From positions 868,001 to 932,000 of the forward strand of contig NC_086108.1 in assembly GCF_963921235.1 (NCBI RefSeq): a stretch of 64,000 nt of DNA, given 5' to 3'. Numbering within the stretch: position 1 is the first letter of the stretch; the number at the start of each line of letters is the position of its first letter. Positions 51,401 through 63,935 of this stretch are shown piece by piece. The position numbers were made by a program, and so were the translations under genes. The notes beneath the pieces were generated by a model. The model was not told the DNA's origin. It made no database searches and saw nothing but the letters and a program-made list of their open reading frames with translations. Source of the DNA: Mobula hypostoma (taxonomy: Eukaryota).

Positions 51401-51710
51401 CTGTCGGTGTTCTTTTCCAATCAATTCTGGCCAACTCCTCTCTCTTGCCTTCATATTTCCCTTTACTCCACTGTAAAACTGACTTTAACGTCTCCCTCTG
51501 AAGCTGCTGGGTGAATTCTATCATATTATGATCACTGTCTCCTCAGGGTTCCTTTACCATAAGCTCCCTAATCAAATCTGGTTCATTAGGGTTAGGGTTA
51601 ATGCATTAAACAACGCTGTAATGCGTTACACAACACCCAGTCCAGAATAGCTGATCCTCCAGTGGGCTCAGCCACAAGCTGCTCTAAAAAGCCATCTCGT
51701 AGACATTCTA

Positions 51711-54495
51711 GAACATAGAATAGTACAGCACAGTACAGGCCCTTCGGCCCACAATGTTGTGCCGACCCTCAAACCCTGCCTCCCATATAACCCCCCCTCT
51801 TAAATGCCTCCGTATACCTGTCTAGTAGTCTCTTAAACTTCACTAGTGTATCTGCCACCACCACTGACTCAGGCAGTGCATTCCACGCACCAACCACTCT
51901 CTGAGTAAAAAACCTTCCTCCAATATTCCGCTTGAGTTTCCCACCCCTTACCTTAAAGCCATGTCCTCTTGTATTGAGCAGTGGTGCCCTGGGGAAGAGG
52001 CGCTGGCTATCCACTCTATCTATTCCTCTTATTATCTTGTACACCTCTATCATGTCTCCTCTCATCCTCCTTCTCTCCAAAGAGTAAAGCCCTAGCTCCC
52101 TTAATCTCTGATCATAATGCATACTTTCTAAACCAGGCAGCATCCTGGTAAATCTCCTCTGTACCCTTTCCAATGCTTCCACATCGTTCCTATAGTGAGG
52201 CAACCAGGACTAGACACAGTACTCCAAGTGTGGCCTAACCAGAGTTTTACAGAGCTGCATCATTACATCACGACTCTTAAACTCTATTCTTCGACTTATG
52301 AAAGCGAATACCCCGTAAGCTTTCTTAACTACCCTATCTACCTGTGAGGCAACTTTCAGGGATCTGTGGACATTTACCCCCAGATCCCTCTGCTCCTCCA
52401 CACTACCAAGTATCCTGCCATTTACTTTGTACTCTACCTTGGAGTTTGTCCTTCCAAAGTGTACCACCTCACACTTCTCCAGGTTGAACTCCATCTGCCA
52501 CTTCTCAGCCCACTTCTGCATCTATCAATGTCTCTCTGCAATCCTTGACAATCCTCTACACTATCTACAACACCACCAACCTTTGTGTCGTCTGCAAACT
52601 TGCCAACCCACCCTTCTACCCCCACATCCAGGTCGTTAATAAAAATCACGAAAAGTAGAGGTCCCAGAACAGATCCTTGTGGGACACCACTAGTCAAAAT
52701 CCTCCAATCTGAATGTACTCCCTCCACCACCACCCTCTGCCTTCTGCAGGCAAGCCAATTTTGAATCCACCTGGCCAAACTTCTCCGGATCCCCTGCCTT
52801 CTGACTTTCTGAATAAGTCTACCGTGTGGAACCTTGTCAAATGCCTTACTAAAATCCATATAGATCACATCCACTGCACTACCCTCAACTATATGCCTGG
52901 TCACCTCCTCAAAGAACTCTATCAGGCTTGTTAGACACAATCTGCCCTTCACAAAGCCATGCTGACTGTCCCTGATCAGACCATGATTCTCTAAATGCCC
53001 ATAGATCCTATCGCTAAGAATCTTTTCCAACAGCTTTCCCACCACAGACGTAAGGCTCACTGGTCTATAATTACCCAGACTATCCCTACTACCTTTTTTG
53101 AACAAGGGGACAACATTCGCCTCCCTCTAATCCTCCGGTTCCATTCCCGTGGACAACGAGGGCATAAAGATCCTAGCCAGGGGCTGAGCATCTCTTCCCT
53201 CGCCTCGTGGAGCAGCCTGGGGAATACTCCGTCAGGCCCCGGGGACTTATCCGCCCTAATGTATTTGAACAACTCCAACTCCTCCTCTCCCTTAATATCA
53301 ACATGCTCCAGAACATCAACCTCACTCATATTGTCCTCACCATCATCAAGTTCCTTCTCATTGGTGAATACTGAAGAGAAGTATTCATTGAGGACCTCGC
53401 TCACTTCCATAGCCTCCAGGCACATCTTACCACCTTTATCTCTAATCGGTCCTACCTTCACTCCTGTCATCCTTTTGTTCTTCACATAATTGAAGAATGC
53501 CTTGGGGTTTTCCTTTACCCTTCTCGCCAAGGCCTTCTCATGCCCCCTTCTTGCTCTTCTCAGCCCCTTCTTAAGCTCCTTTCTTGCTTCCCTATATTCC
53601 TCAATAGACCCATCTGATCCTTGCTTCCTAAACCTCTTCTTCCACCTGACTAGATTTTCTACCTCACTTGTCACCCATGGTTCCTTCACCCTACCATTCT
53701 TTATCTTCCTCACCGGGACAAATTTATCCCTAACATCCTGCAAGAGATCTCTAAACATCGACCACATGTCCATAGTACATTTCCCTGCAAAAACATCATC
53801 CCAATTCACACCTGCAAGTTCTAGCCTTATAGCCTCATAATTTGCCCTGTCCCCAATTAAAAATTTTCCTGCCCTCTCTGATTCTATCCTTTTCCATGAT
53901 AATGCTAAAGGCCAGGGAGCGGTGGTCACTGTCCCCCAGATGCTCACCCACTGAGAGATCTGTGACCTGACTCGGTTCATTACCTAGTACTAGATCTAGT
54001 ATGGCATTCCCCTAGTCGGCCTGTCCACATACTGTGACAGAAATCTGTTCTGGACACTCTTAACAAACTCTGCCCCATCTAAACCCTTGGAACTAATCAG
54101 GTGCCAATCAATATTAGGGAAGTTAAAGTCACCCATGATAACAACCCTATTATTTTTGCACCTTTCCAAAATCTGCCTCCCAATTTACTTCTCGGTATCT
54201 CTGCTGCTACCAGGGAGTCTATAGAGTACCCCCAACAGTGTAACTGCTCCCGTCCTGTTCCTGAGTTCCACCCATACTGACTCAAAAGAGGATCCTTCTA
54301 CATTACCCACCCTTTCTGTAGCTGTAATAGTATCCCTGACCAGTAATGCCACCCCTCCTCCCCTTTTTCCCCCCTCTCTATTCCTTTTAAAGCACTGAAA
54401 TCCAGGAATATTGAGAATCCATTCCTGCCCTGGTGCCAACCAAGTCTCTGTAAGGGCCACTACATCATAATTCCATGTATGTGTCCAAGCTCTGC
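51711..54495 (-). mobile_element. Young CR1 ORF2 (endonuclease plus RT), 5'-truncated, few frameshifts
   Basis: [65 protein letters not shown] and LVRPHLEYCV. A possible short TSD ATTCTA is present. Confidence 0.95.
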
Positions 54496-54663
54496 AAATT
54501 CTACATATTCTGTCTCTTGGGATCCAGCACCAACCTGATTTTCCCCAATCTACCTGCATATTGAAATTCCCTGTGACTATTATAACATTGCCCTTTTGAC
54601 GTACCTTTTCTATCTCCAGTTGTAATTTGTAGCCCACATTCTGGCTACTGTTTGGAAGTCTGT

Positions 54664-54838
54664 TTGTTGTTCGTCCATCGTTGATGTCAATGAGGACCTC
54701 GACACCATAATGACGGTGTCGAGACTAGCGCGTGATTTGGATTTAAGTGAGGGAGAGTTGCGCAGCGTCAGCCTCACTCTCTCTTCCCAATTCCCATCTG
54801 GGTCCAGTGGCAAGACAGAGTCTAGACGGCTGGAGATG
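54664..54838 (-). mobile_element. RTE LINE terminal fragment (175 bp) with 6 bp TSD
   Basis: GTCTGT flanks both sides (54658-54663 and 54839-54844). It has a (TTG)n terminal repeat and a 9 bp stem-loop at 54698-54723. Confidence 0.7.
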
Positions 54839-56008
54839 GTCTGTATATAACTCCCATCAAGGTCTTTTTACCCTTGCAGTTGCCTTAGCCCAACCCACAA
54901 TGATTCAACACCTTCCGATCCTATGTCACTTCTTTGTAATGATTTGATTTTATTTTTTGCCAACAGAACTACGCCACTCCCTTTCAATACATCGGATGTT
55001 AAGCTCCCAACTATAATGTTCTTTCAGCCACAATTCAGTGATGCCCACAATGTCATACCTGCTAAGCTCTAGCTGCGCTACAAAATCATCTACTTTATTC
55101 CATATACTGTGTGCATTCAAATATAACATCTTCAGTCCTGTACCTGTCACCTTTTTTGATTTTGTCCCCCTTTTACACTGGAATTCATCCCACTGTCTGC
55201 AATTTTGCCCCATCATCTTCCTGTCCTTCCTGACAGTCTCATTACACACTGCCTCCACTTGTAAATCAACAGGCCTATTTCATTCCTCTGCCAAATTAGT
55301 TTAAACCTTCTCCAACAGCTCTATCCTGCAAGGATATTAGTCCCACTCATGGGCAGTTGTAACCCGTCACTTCTGTATAGATCATATCTTTCCCAGAAGG
55401 GATCACAATGATCCAGAAATCTGAACCTCTGACCCCTGCACCAGTTCCTCAGCCACACGTTCATCTGCCAAATCATCCTGTTCTTACCATCACTGGCACA
55501 TGCCACAGGCAGCAATCCAGAGATTACTACCCGGGCGGTTCTGTTTTTCAGCTTTCTACCTAGCTGCCTAAAATCTCTCATCAGGACCTCCTCATATTTC
55601 CTACTTAAGTCATTGGTGTCGATATGTACCAAAATTTCTGGCTGCTCACCATCTCCCTTTAGAATGCTGTGGACCCGATCCAAGATGTTCCTCACCTTGA
55701 CACCCGAGAGGCAACTTACCATCTGTTGACTATCATCCGCGCCTGCAGAATCTCGTGTCTATTCCTCTAACTGGAATCCCCTGTAACTACTGCATTCTTC
55801 TTCTCCCCCTTCCCTTCTGAGCCACTGTGCGGGGCTCAATGCCAGAGACCCAGTCGCTGCAGCTTCCCTCACCTTTGTTAGGTCGTCCACCTCAACAGTA
55901 TCCAAAATGGTGTACTTATTATTGAGGGGAATGGCCACGGGTACTCTGCACTGGCTGGCTGATTCCCTTCCCTCTCCTGACAGTCATCCATTTACCTTAC
56001 AACTTAGG

Positions 56009-56284
56009 TGTGGCGCGTGGCCAAGTGGTTAAGGCGTTGGTCTGAAGGTCGTGGGTTCAAGTCTCGGCCAAGGCAGCGTGTTGTGTTCTTGAGCAAGGCA
56101 CTTAACCACACACTGCTCCAATCCACCCAGCTGAAAATGGGTACCGGCAAAATGCTGGGGGTTAACCTCGCGATAGTCTGGCGGGGGTGTGGGGAGTCTC
56201 GTACTCTCAGTCACTTCACGCCATGAAAACTGGCATAAGCACAGGCCTGATGAGCCTGTAAGGCTCGGGACAGACTTTAAATTG
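56009..56284 (+). mobile_element. tRNA-derived SINE with 9 bp TSD
   Basis: Box A TGGCCAAGTGG, box B GGTTCAAGTCT, central GTGTTCTTGAGCAAGGCACTTAACC. CAACTTAGG occurs at 56000-56008 and 56285-56293. Confidence 0.85.
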
Positions 56285-56467
56285 CAACTTAGGGGTGATT
56301 GCCTCTCAGTAACTTCTATCTATCAACTCTTCAGTTTCCCTTATGATCCGAAGGTGATTGACTTGGAGCTCCAGTTCCTTAACACTTTCTTTGTGGAGCT
56401 GCAGCTCAGTGCACCTGGTGCAGATGTAGTTTTCCAGAAGATCCGGAGGTTGTCCAGAATTTCCACA

Positions 56468-58440
56468 GCTGTTGTAAATCTAGTCAAGGAGAAAAGAAGA
56501 GCTTACAAAAGGTTCAAAAAACTGGGTAATGATAGGAATCTAGAAGGTTATAAGGCTAGCAGGAAGGAGTTTAAGAATGAAATTAGGAGAGCCAGAAAGG
56601 GCCATGAGAAGGCCTTGGTGGACAGGATTAAGGAAAACCCCAAGGCATTCTACAAGTACGTGAAGAGCAAGAGGATAAGACGTGACACAATAGGACTAAT
56701 CAAATGTGACAGTGGAAAAGTGTGTATGGAACTGGAGGAAATAGCGGAGGTACTTAACGAATACTTTGCTTCAGTATTCACTATGGAGAAGGATCTTGGC
56801 GATTGTAAGGATGACTTGCAGTGGACTGAAAAGCTTGAGCATGTAGATATTAAGAAAGAGGATGTGCTGGAGCTTTTGGAAAGCATCAAGTTGGATAAGT
56901 CATCGGGACCGAACGGGTTATACCTCAGGATACTGTGGGAGGCGAAGGAGGAGATTGCTGAGCCTCTGGCAATGATCTTTGCATCATCAATGAGGACAGG
57001 AGAGGTTCTGGAGGATTGGAGGGTTGCGGATTTTGTTCCCTTATTCAAGAAAGGGAGTAGAGATAGCCCTGGAAATTATAACCAGTAAATCTTACTTCAG
57101 TGGTTGGTAAGTTGATGGAGAAGATCCTGAGAGGCAGGATTTATGAACATTTGGAGAGGCATAATATGATTAGGAACAGTCAGCACGGCTTTGTCAAAGG
57201 CAAGTTGTGCCTTAACGAGCCTGATTGAAGTTTTTGAGGATGTGACTAACACATTGATGAAGGTAGGGCCGCAGATGTAGTGTATATGGATTTCAGCAAG
57301 GCATTTGAGAAGGTACCCCATGCAAGGCTTATTGAGAAACTAAGGAGGCATGGGATCCAAGGGGACATTGCTTTGTGGATCCAGAACTGGCTTGCCCACA
57401 GAAAGCAAAGAGTGGTTGTAGATGGGTCATAATCTGCATGGAGGCCGGTGACCAGTGGTGTACCTCAGGGATCTGTTCTGGGATCTTTACTCTTTGTGAT
57501 TTTTATAAATGACCTGGATGAGGAAGTGGAGGGATAGGTTAGTAAGTTTGCTGATGACACAAAGGTTGGGGTGTTGTGGATAGTGTGGAGGGCTGTCAGA
57601 GGTTACAGCGGGACATTGATAGGATGCAAAACTGGGCTGAGAAGTGACAGATGGAGTTCAACCCAGATATAGTGAGGTGGTTCATTTTGGTAGGTCAAAT
57701 ATGATATCAGAATATAGTATTAATGGTAAGACTCTTGGCAGTGTGGAGGATCAGAGGGATTTTGGGGTCTGAGTCCAAGGCTGCTGTGCAAGTTGACTTT
57801 GTGGTTCAGAAAGCATATGGTGCATTGGTCTTCATCAATCGGGGGATTGAGTTTAGGAGCGGAGAGGTAATGTTGCAGCTACATAGGACCCTGGTCAGAC
57901 CCCACTTGGAGTACTGTGCTCAATTCTGGTCGCCTCACTACAGGAAGGATGTGGAAACCATAGAGAGGGTGCAGAGGAGATTTACAAGGATGTTTTGGAT
58001 TGGGGGGCATGCCTTATCGGAATAGGTTGAGTGAACTCAGCCTTTTCTCCTTGGAGTGACAGAGGATGAGAGGTGACCTGATAGAGGTGTATAAGATGAT
58101 GAGAGGCATTGATCATGTGGATAGTCAGAGGCTTTTCCCCAGGGCTGAAATGGCTAGCATGAGAGGGCATAGTTTTAAGGTGCTCGGAAGTAGGTACAGA
58201 GGAGATGTCAGAGGTAAGTTTTTTACGCAGAGAGTGGTGAGTGCGTGGAATGGGCTGCCGGCGGCGGTGGTGGAGACGGAAATGATGGGGTCTTTTAAGG
58301 GACTCTTGGATGGCTACATGGAGCTTAGAAAAATAGAGGGCTATGGGTAAAGCCTAGGTAGTTCTTAGGTAGGGACATGTTCGGCACAACTTTGTAGGCT
58401 GAAGGGCCTGAATTGTGCTGTAGGTTTTCTTTGTTTCTAT
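56468..58440 (+). mobile_element. CR1 ORF2, 5'-truncated
   Basis: IKENPKAFYKYVKSKR...LNEYFASVFT...[13 protein letters not shown] and LVRPHLEYCAQFWSPHYRKD, ending in a TTTCTTTGTTTCTAT tail. Confidence 0.93.
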
Positions 58441-59769
58441 CTCACACAAAGAACACAACACAGCCATTCTCACTGCTCGAACTATGCACTAGCAGATGAA
58501 GAAAAAGAAGAAACTCACTGGATACTTAGCTCATCCAAGCCTGTTCTCACTGAAGTTTAATAAGCCAAAGCCTCCCCACTCTAACTCTGGTCTACTCCAA
58601 CAATGGTCGCGCCGCGTGTCCCTGCCTTACTTTTATCGGCCCTTGATAATGAATTGCGACTGCGCTGCTGATGAGAAGGAAAATCCGGTGAAAGCTCCAC
58701 ACCTCTTGCTCCCGGATCTGTGTGAGGCCTCCTCCTCCTCCTGCAACTGTACCGCCGCGAAGAAAATAACAGTGGGATAGTATCTGTCCTTGAGCCTGGT
58801 GGTATGAAAAGATGAGCTGCTCCTTCGAGCTGGAGTCTAAAATACATGTTGTGTATGCAAAAATAAAAAGCTGCCTCTCCCAACTCCTCCCCTTTCCAGG
58901 CCCATTGAAGGGTCTGGGTCTGAAACATGGGCTCTTAATTCCTCTCCATAGATGCTGCTAAGTTCCTCCAGCATTTTGTGTACGTTACTCTGGTTAATCA
59001 TTAAGATGGAAAGCCTCAGTAGCTCTTTGCAATAACAGAGCATCTGTACCATAAACGTGAGTGCTGAGTTGCTAATTAACCTACAATGAGTTTCAAGGTG
59101 AAGCGTATGTTCCATTTAATTTTATCAAATATCATGTGAGGTTGATAAGCTGAGCCAAGATTATTGCTTTCGGGTGTTACATTGGTAGGTTTGTTTTGAA
59201 GTTTTGTTGTGTAGGGAATCTCAGCAGGCAGTTTGAGAGCTAGAGTTGCATTTATGTAGCACCATTCACATCTCTTTAAACACATCCCAGACTGCTTTAC
59301 AGCCACTGAAACACTTGTAATTGAACAAAATGAAAGATTTTCCATTTTGGTCATGTTTGAGAGGGAGAAGTGCAGTTTTTCACATACCACCTCCCTGATG
59401 GGTGTAATGAGAAGAGGGCATACCTTGAACAATGAGAGTCGTTCACAATGGATGTCACCTCCAATGAGGACATCTTCAAAAGGTGATGCCTCGAGTGGGG
59501 GGGGGCGGGAGATTGGGGCTGAGAGAAAAAAAATGGATCGTCCGTGAAAAAATGGTGGAGCTGAATCGATTGGCCAAATGGCCTGATTCTGCTCCTATAT
59601 CATAGAGTTTAGCCCTTTTCAATTATGTTGTCTTTTATTCTTCTAAACTCCAGATAGAATAAACCAATCTCATCTCATGAGACCACCTTCTGAGCTCTAA
59701 ATTCAGATTCTTACAGATACATGTAGAGATGGCCCAAGTTCTGATTTATTCAAAGGACCCGCAATAAAT

Positions 59770-60485
59770 ATACAGAATTATGAGGGGTATAGATAAGGTA
59801 TATGCAAGCAGGCTTCTTCCATCAAGGTCAGGTGGAACTACAATGCGAGGTTATAGGTTAAGGGTGAAAGGTGTAAAAGTTTAAGGGAATATGAGGGGAA
59901 ACTTCTTCACTCAGAGGGTGGTGAGAGTGTGGAATGAGCTGCCAGCGCAAGTGGTGCATGCGAGCTCGACTTCAACGTTTAATATGTTTAGATACTTCAT
60001 GGATGGGAGGGGTATGGAGGTCTGTGGTTCAGGTACAGGTTGATGGGAGTAGGCAGTTTAAATGGTTCAGCATGGACTAGATGGGCCAAAAAGCCTGTTT
60101 CTGTACTGTACTTCTCTATGACTTTAAGTAATAGGAACAGAATCGGGTCATTCAGCCCATCGAGTCTGCTCTACTGTCCGATCATGACTGATATATTATC
60201 CCTCTCAACCCCAGTCTCCTGCCTTCTCCCCATAAGCTGTGATGTCCTTACTAATGAAAACCTATCAGTCTCTGCTTTAAGTATCCCAATGACTTGGCCT
60301 CCGCAGCCATTGGTGCCACTGAATTCCACTGATTCACCACCTTATGGCTGGAGAAATTCCTTCTCATCTCTGCTCTAAAGGGATGTCCTTGTATTCTGAG
60401 GCTGTGTCTTCTGGTCCTGGACTCCCCTACTATTGGAAACATCCTCTCTACATCTACTCTATCTAGACCTTTCAATATTCAATGA
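59770..60485. mobile_element. Two CR1 3' fragments, tail-to-tail (+ 59770-60122, - 60130-60485)
   Basis: AACTTCTTCACTCAGAGGGTGGTGAGAGTGTGGAATGAGCTGCC on the plus strand; KGLDRVDVERMFPIVGESRTRRHSLRI on the minus strand. Confidence 0.8.
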
Positions 60486-60658
60486 AGTGTTTTGACAATG
60501 TGAATGTTCTTTTTGCATAGAAATGTTTGGAAAGAATTGTGGATGTCAGAATGTACGGTGATCTACTGTATGCTTTTCTGGAAATGAAACAATTGTCGGC
60601 TGCTAACTTAATTGATTAACACTTGGAGGTTTCTGAATGTTTATGTCTTGCCTTTCAG

Positions 60659-60755
60659 ATGTTGAAGTGGATGTTGATGAGTTAAACACTGAGCAGACCT
60701 TGGAGCTGAACAAACTCGCTACCACTTACGGGATGTCTGAAGGTGACTTTGTCAG
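60659..60755 (+). CDS. CLASRP: CLASRP coding exon 7 (VEVDVDELNTEQTLELNKLATTYGMSEGDFV)
   Basis: TTTCAG acceptor, GTGAGG donor, 97 nt, frame-compatible across an 18,457 bp intron. Confidence 0.96.
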
Positions 60756-61953
60756 GTGAGGCGAGCTTTTCCCTTTTCTCTCTCCCCTGATCGACCCACC
60801 CCATTTCCCCTCCATCTGCGCATTACTCACATGTTCCCATCTTCGCTCCCCAACTCCCCATTTGGTTCCATGCTCCACCTTCCTCTCCTGTCTGATTCCA
60901 TCACCTGCACCCCTTTGTTGCCGCTACTCATCTACTCCCAGCCTCGGACACTATTCCTACTCTCCCCTCCTCTATCAGCCTATTACCTCCTCAACTGGAT
61001 TTACCTATCACCTGCTAGTTTTTGCTCATTCTCTTCCCTCCACTCTATACCCGCTATCTCTCCTTTATCCTTCCATTCAGATGAAAGGTCTCGGCCCAAA
61101 ATGTCGTCTGTCCATTTCCCTCCAAAGATGCTACCTGATCGGCTGAGTTCCTCCAGCAATGTGTTTGTAGAATTCACTAAAACATTTCTGTTGATCGGTG
61201 GATACGCAGCATCTTGTGTGGTTCCAAGTCAGTCAGAGGAGAAACGGTTTCTGGTTCATTCTTATGTTCTGAGTTGGTCCTCCAATGACAGATGATGGTG
61301 GGACCTATGAAGGATACACTGTCCCTTTGGACTTGGGCAAGAAAGAGCTTGCATATATGTAGAACATTCTGCAGTCCCCATCATACTTTTTGGTAGTCAC
61401 TTGGCTAATTGTGGAGGAAGAGAGCTCATTGGGTGGAAGAAGGTAGCTTCTAAGTTTAAAGTAAACTTACTATCAAAGTTATTTCAACACAGGTTCATTT
61501 TCTTGTGGGCATACTCCATAAATCTATATAATAATAACCATAACAGAATCAACAGGAGACCGCCAACTTGGGTGTTCGACCAGAGTGCCAAAGATGACAA
61601 ACCGTACAAGTAGAAAAAGAAAGAAATAATATTAATAATTAACTAAGCAATAAATATTGAGAACATGAGATGAAGAGTACTTGAAAGTGAGTCCATTGGT
61701 CATGGGAACCACTTGCCCTACCATAGTCAAAACCTTTGAAGAGAGACATTTTATTACCTAACCTTTACAATTAATTGACTCCCAAATTGGGCATTTGAGG
61801 GGATGGATAGGTGTTCCACTCTCAAATTCCTTAGCCACCCTGTTGGATATCCAGTACAAGGAACAAGGGATCACTGGTGATCTCCATTGTGTAGAGGGTA
61901 GGGTTGAGGGTCTGTTGATGGGTGGTATAACTGGTCTTTATTTCTATTGGAAG

Positions 61954-62032
61954 GATGCTTCGGAAAGACAAAGAAGAAGTGGAAGCAATCAAACATGCCA
62001 AAGCCCTGGAGGAGGAGAAGGCGATGTACTCG
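61954..62032 (+). CDS. CLASRP: CLASRP coding exon 8 (MLRKDKEEVEAIKHAKALEEEKAMYS); gene continues beyond the window
   Basis: GGAAG acceptor (AAG type), GTAGGG donor, 79 nt. The cumulative CDS is 783 nt (261 codons) with no stop. Confidence 0.95.
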
Positions 62033-62084
62033 GTAGGGATATTCATTCATCAGTGGTTCATTTAATATCAAGGAATGTATACAA

Positions 62085-63935
62085 AGTCAAAGTAAGTTTT
62101 TTATAAATACATGTATGTCACCACATACAACCTTGAGATTCATTTTCCTGTGAGAATGCTCAGCAAATCTATAGAATAGTAACAACAACAGGGTCAATGA
62201 AAGATCAGGTAGCACATAGAAGATAGCAGACTGTGAAAATGCAAATATAAATGAATAGCAATAAATAACGAGAGCATGAAATAACAAGATAAAGAGTTCT
62301 TACAGTGAGATCATTGGTTGTGGGAACATCTCAATAGATGAGTGTAGTTTTCCCTTTTTGTTCAAGAACCTGATGGTCGAGGGGTAGTAACTGTTCTTGA
62401 ACCTGGTGGTGTGAGTCCTGAGGCTCGTCTGCCTTCTGCCTCATGGCAGCAGTGAGAAAAGAGCATGGCCTGGGTGGTGAGAATTTTTGATGATGGCTGC
62501 TGCTTTCCTAAGACAATGTTTCATGTAGATGTTCTCAGTGGTTGGGAGGGCTTTACTCGTGATGTACTGGGCTGAATCCATTACCTTTTGTAGGGTTTTC
62601 CATTCAAAGGCATTGGTGTTCCCATACCAAGGTGTGATGTAGCCAGTCAATACACTCTCCACTACACATCTTAGAAGTTTGTCAAAGTTTTTGATGTCAT
62701 GCCGAATCTCCCCTGCTGTTGTATACAGTATATAACTTGAAATTTGTACTCTTCACTGACAAAGGAACCCCACAGAATGAATGATCGAAACATCAAAGCC
62801 CAGCAGCACCCTGCCCCCATTTCACGTAAGCAGCAGCAAGAGCATTGACCTCCCCCCATCTGTGCCAGCAGAAGCTCTGACCACACCCCCCCCACCATGC
62901 AAGCAACAGCAGAAACACCCCAAAGAGACCTTGATCCAGACGCCTTCAAAACTACAGTCACAACCCAGCACTTCGGTATCCCACACAGGCTCTTTCTTCC
63001 AGCAACAACGAGGGGCTCCCAGTTTCATAGAGTCATAGAGGAGTATAGCTCAGAAACAGACTCTTCAGCCCAGATAGTCCATGCTGAAAACCATTTAAAC
63101 TGTCTACACCCATATGTCTCTGCACTGGGACCATGGCCCTCCATATCCCTAATATCCATGTACCTATCCAAGCTTCTCTTGGACGTCGAAATCGAACTTG
63201 CATGGACCACCTGTGCTGGCAGCTCATTCCACACTCTCACGACCCTCCGTGAAGAAGTTTCCCCTCATGTTCTCTTTAAACTTCTCACCTGTCACCCTTA
63301 AGCCATGACCTCTAGTTGTAGTCCCTCCCATCCTATATACCTGTTGTTATACATTCTGTTGTATCTAATGAGAAGGACTGTCCAAAGTGCAAAGTAAATT
63401 TATTATCAAAGTACATATATGTCACCATATGCGTGAGATTTATTTTCTTGTAGGTGTACTAGAACCATAAAAGAATCAATGAAAGGCTGTCCAACTTGGG
63501 CGTTCAACCAGAGTACAGAAGGCACCAAGCTGTGGAAATACAAAAAAAAGAAATAATAATAAATAAGCAAAAAATATTTTGAACATGAAATGAAGCGTCT
63601 TTGAAAGTGACTCCATTGGTTGTAGGAACATTTCAAATGAAGTTGAGTGAAGATATCCCCTTTGGCTCAAGAGCCTGATGGTTGAGGGGTAATAACTGTT
63701 CCTGAGCCTGGTGGTATGAGTCCTGAGGTTCCTGTACCTTTTTCCTGATGGCAACAGTGAAAAGAGACCACGTCCTGGGTGGTGAGGTTTCCCTGATGTT
63801 GGATGCTGCTTTCCTGCAACAGCGATTCACGTAGATGTACTCATGATGGGGCAGGCTTTACCCACGGTGGACTGGGCCGTATCCACAACTTTTTCTAGGA
63901 TCTTCCGTTCAAGGGCATTGGTATTTCTGTATCAT
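62085..63935 (-). mobile_element. Cluster of Rex/Babar-like and CR1 3' fragments
   Basis: ESVLTGYITPWYGNTNA...HPGHALFSLLP, PSGKRYRNLRTHTTRLRNSYYPSTIRLL, and CR1 RVWNELPAQVVHASSISTSKRSLDRYMD. Confidence 0.8.

Larger units (their letters stand above)
49875..58640 (-). mobile_element. Old, near full-length CR1 hosting several younger insertions
   Basis: Colinear minus-strand pieces: 5' UTR at about 58560-58640 (resembles 43021-43100), ORF1 esterase at 55321-55722, endonuclease start LYLNAHSIWNK...YDIVGITELWL at 54950-55258, RT remnants at 50400-51500, and a 3' tail near 49880. Confidence 0.7.

Noticed and set aside
56009..56075. tRNA gene
   Set aside because: A and B boxes are present, but there is no complete cloverleaf. 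The sequence continues into a SINE body and is flanked by a TSD.
56245..56275. CTGATGA-GCC-TGTAA-GGC in the SINE tail as a hammerhead
   Set aside because: The stem is followed by TCGGGAC rather than GAAA, so the core is incomplete.
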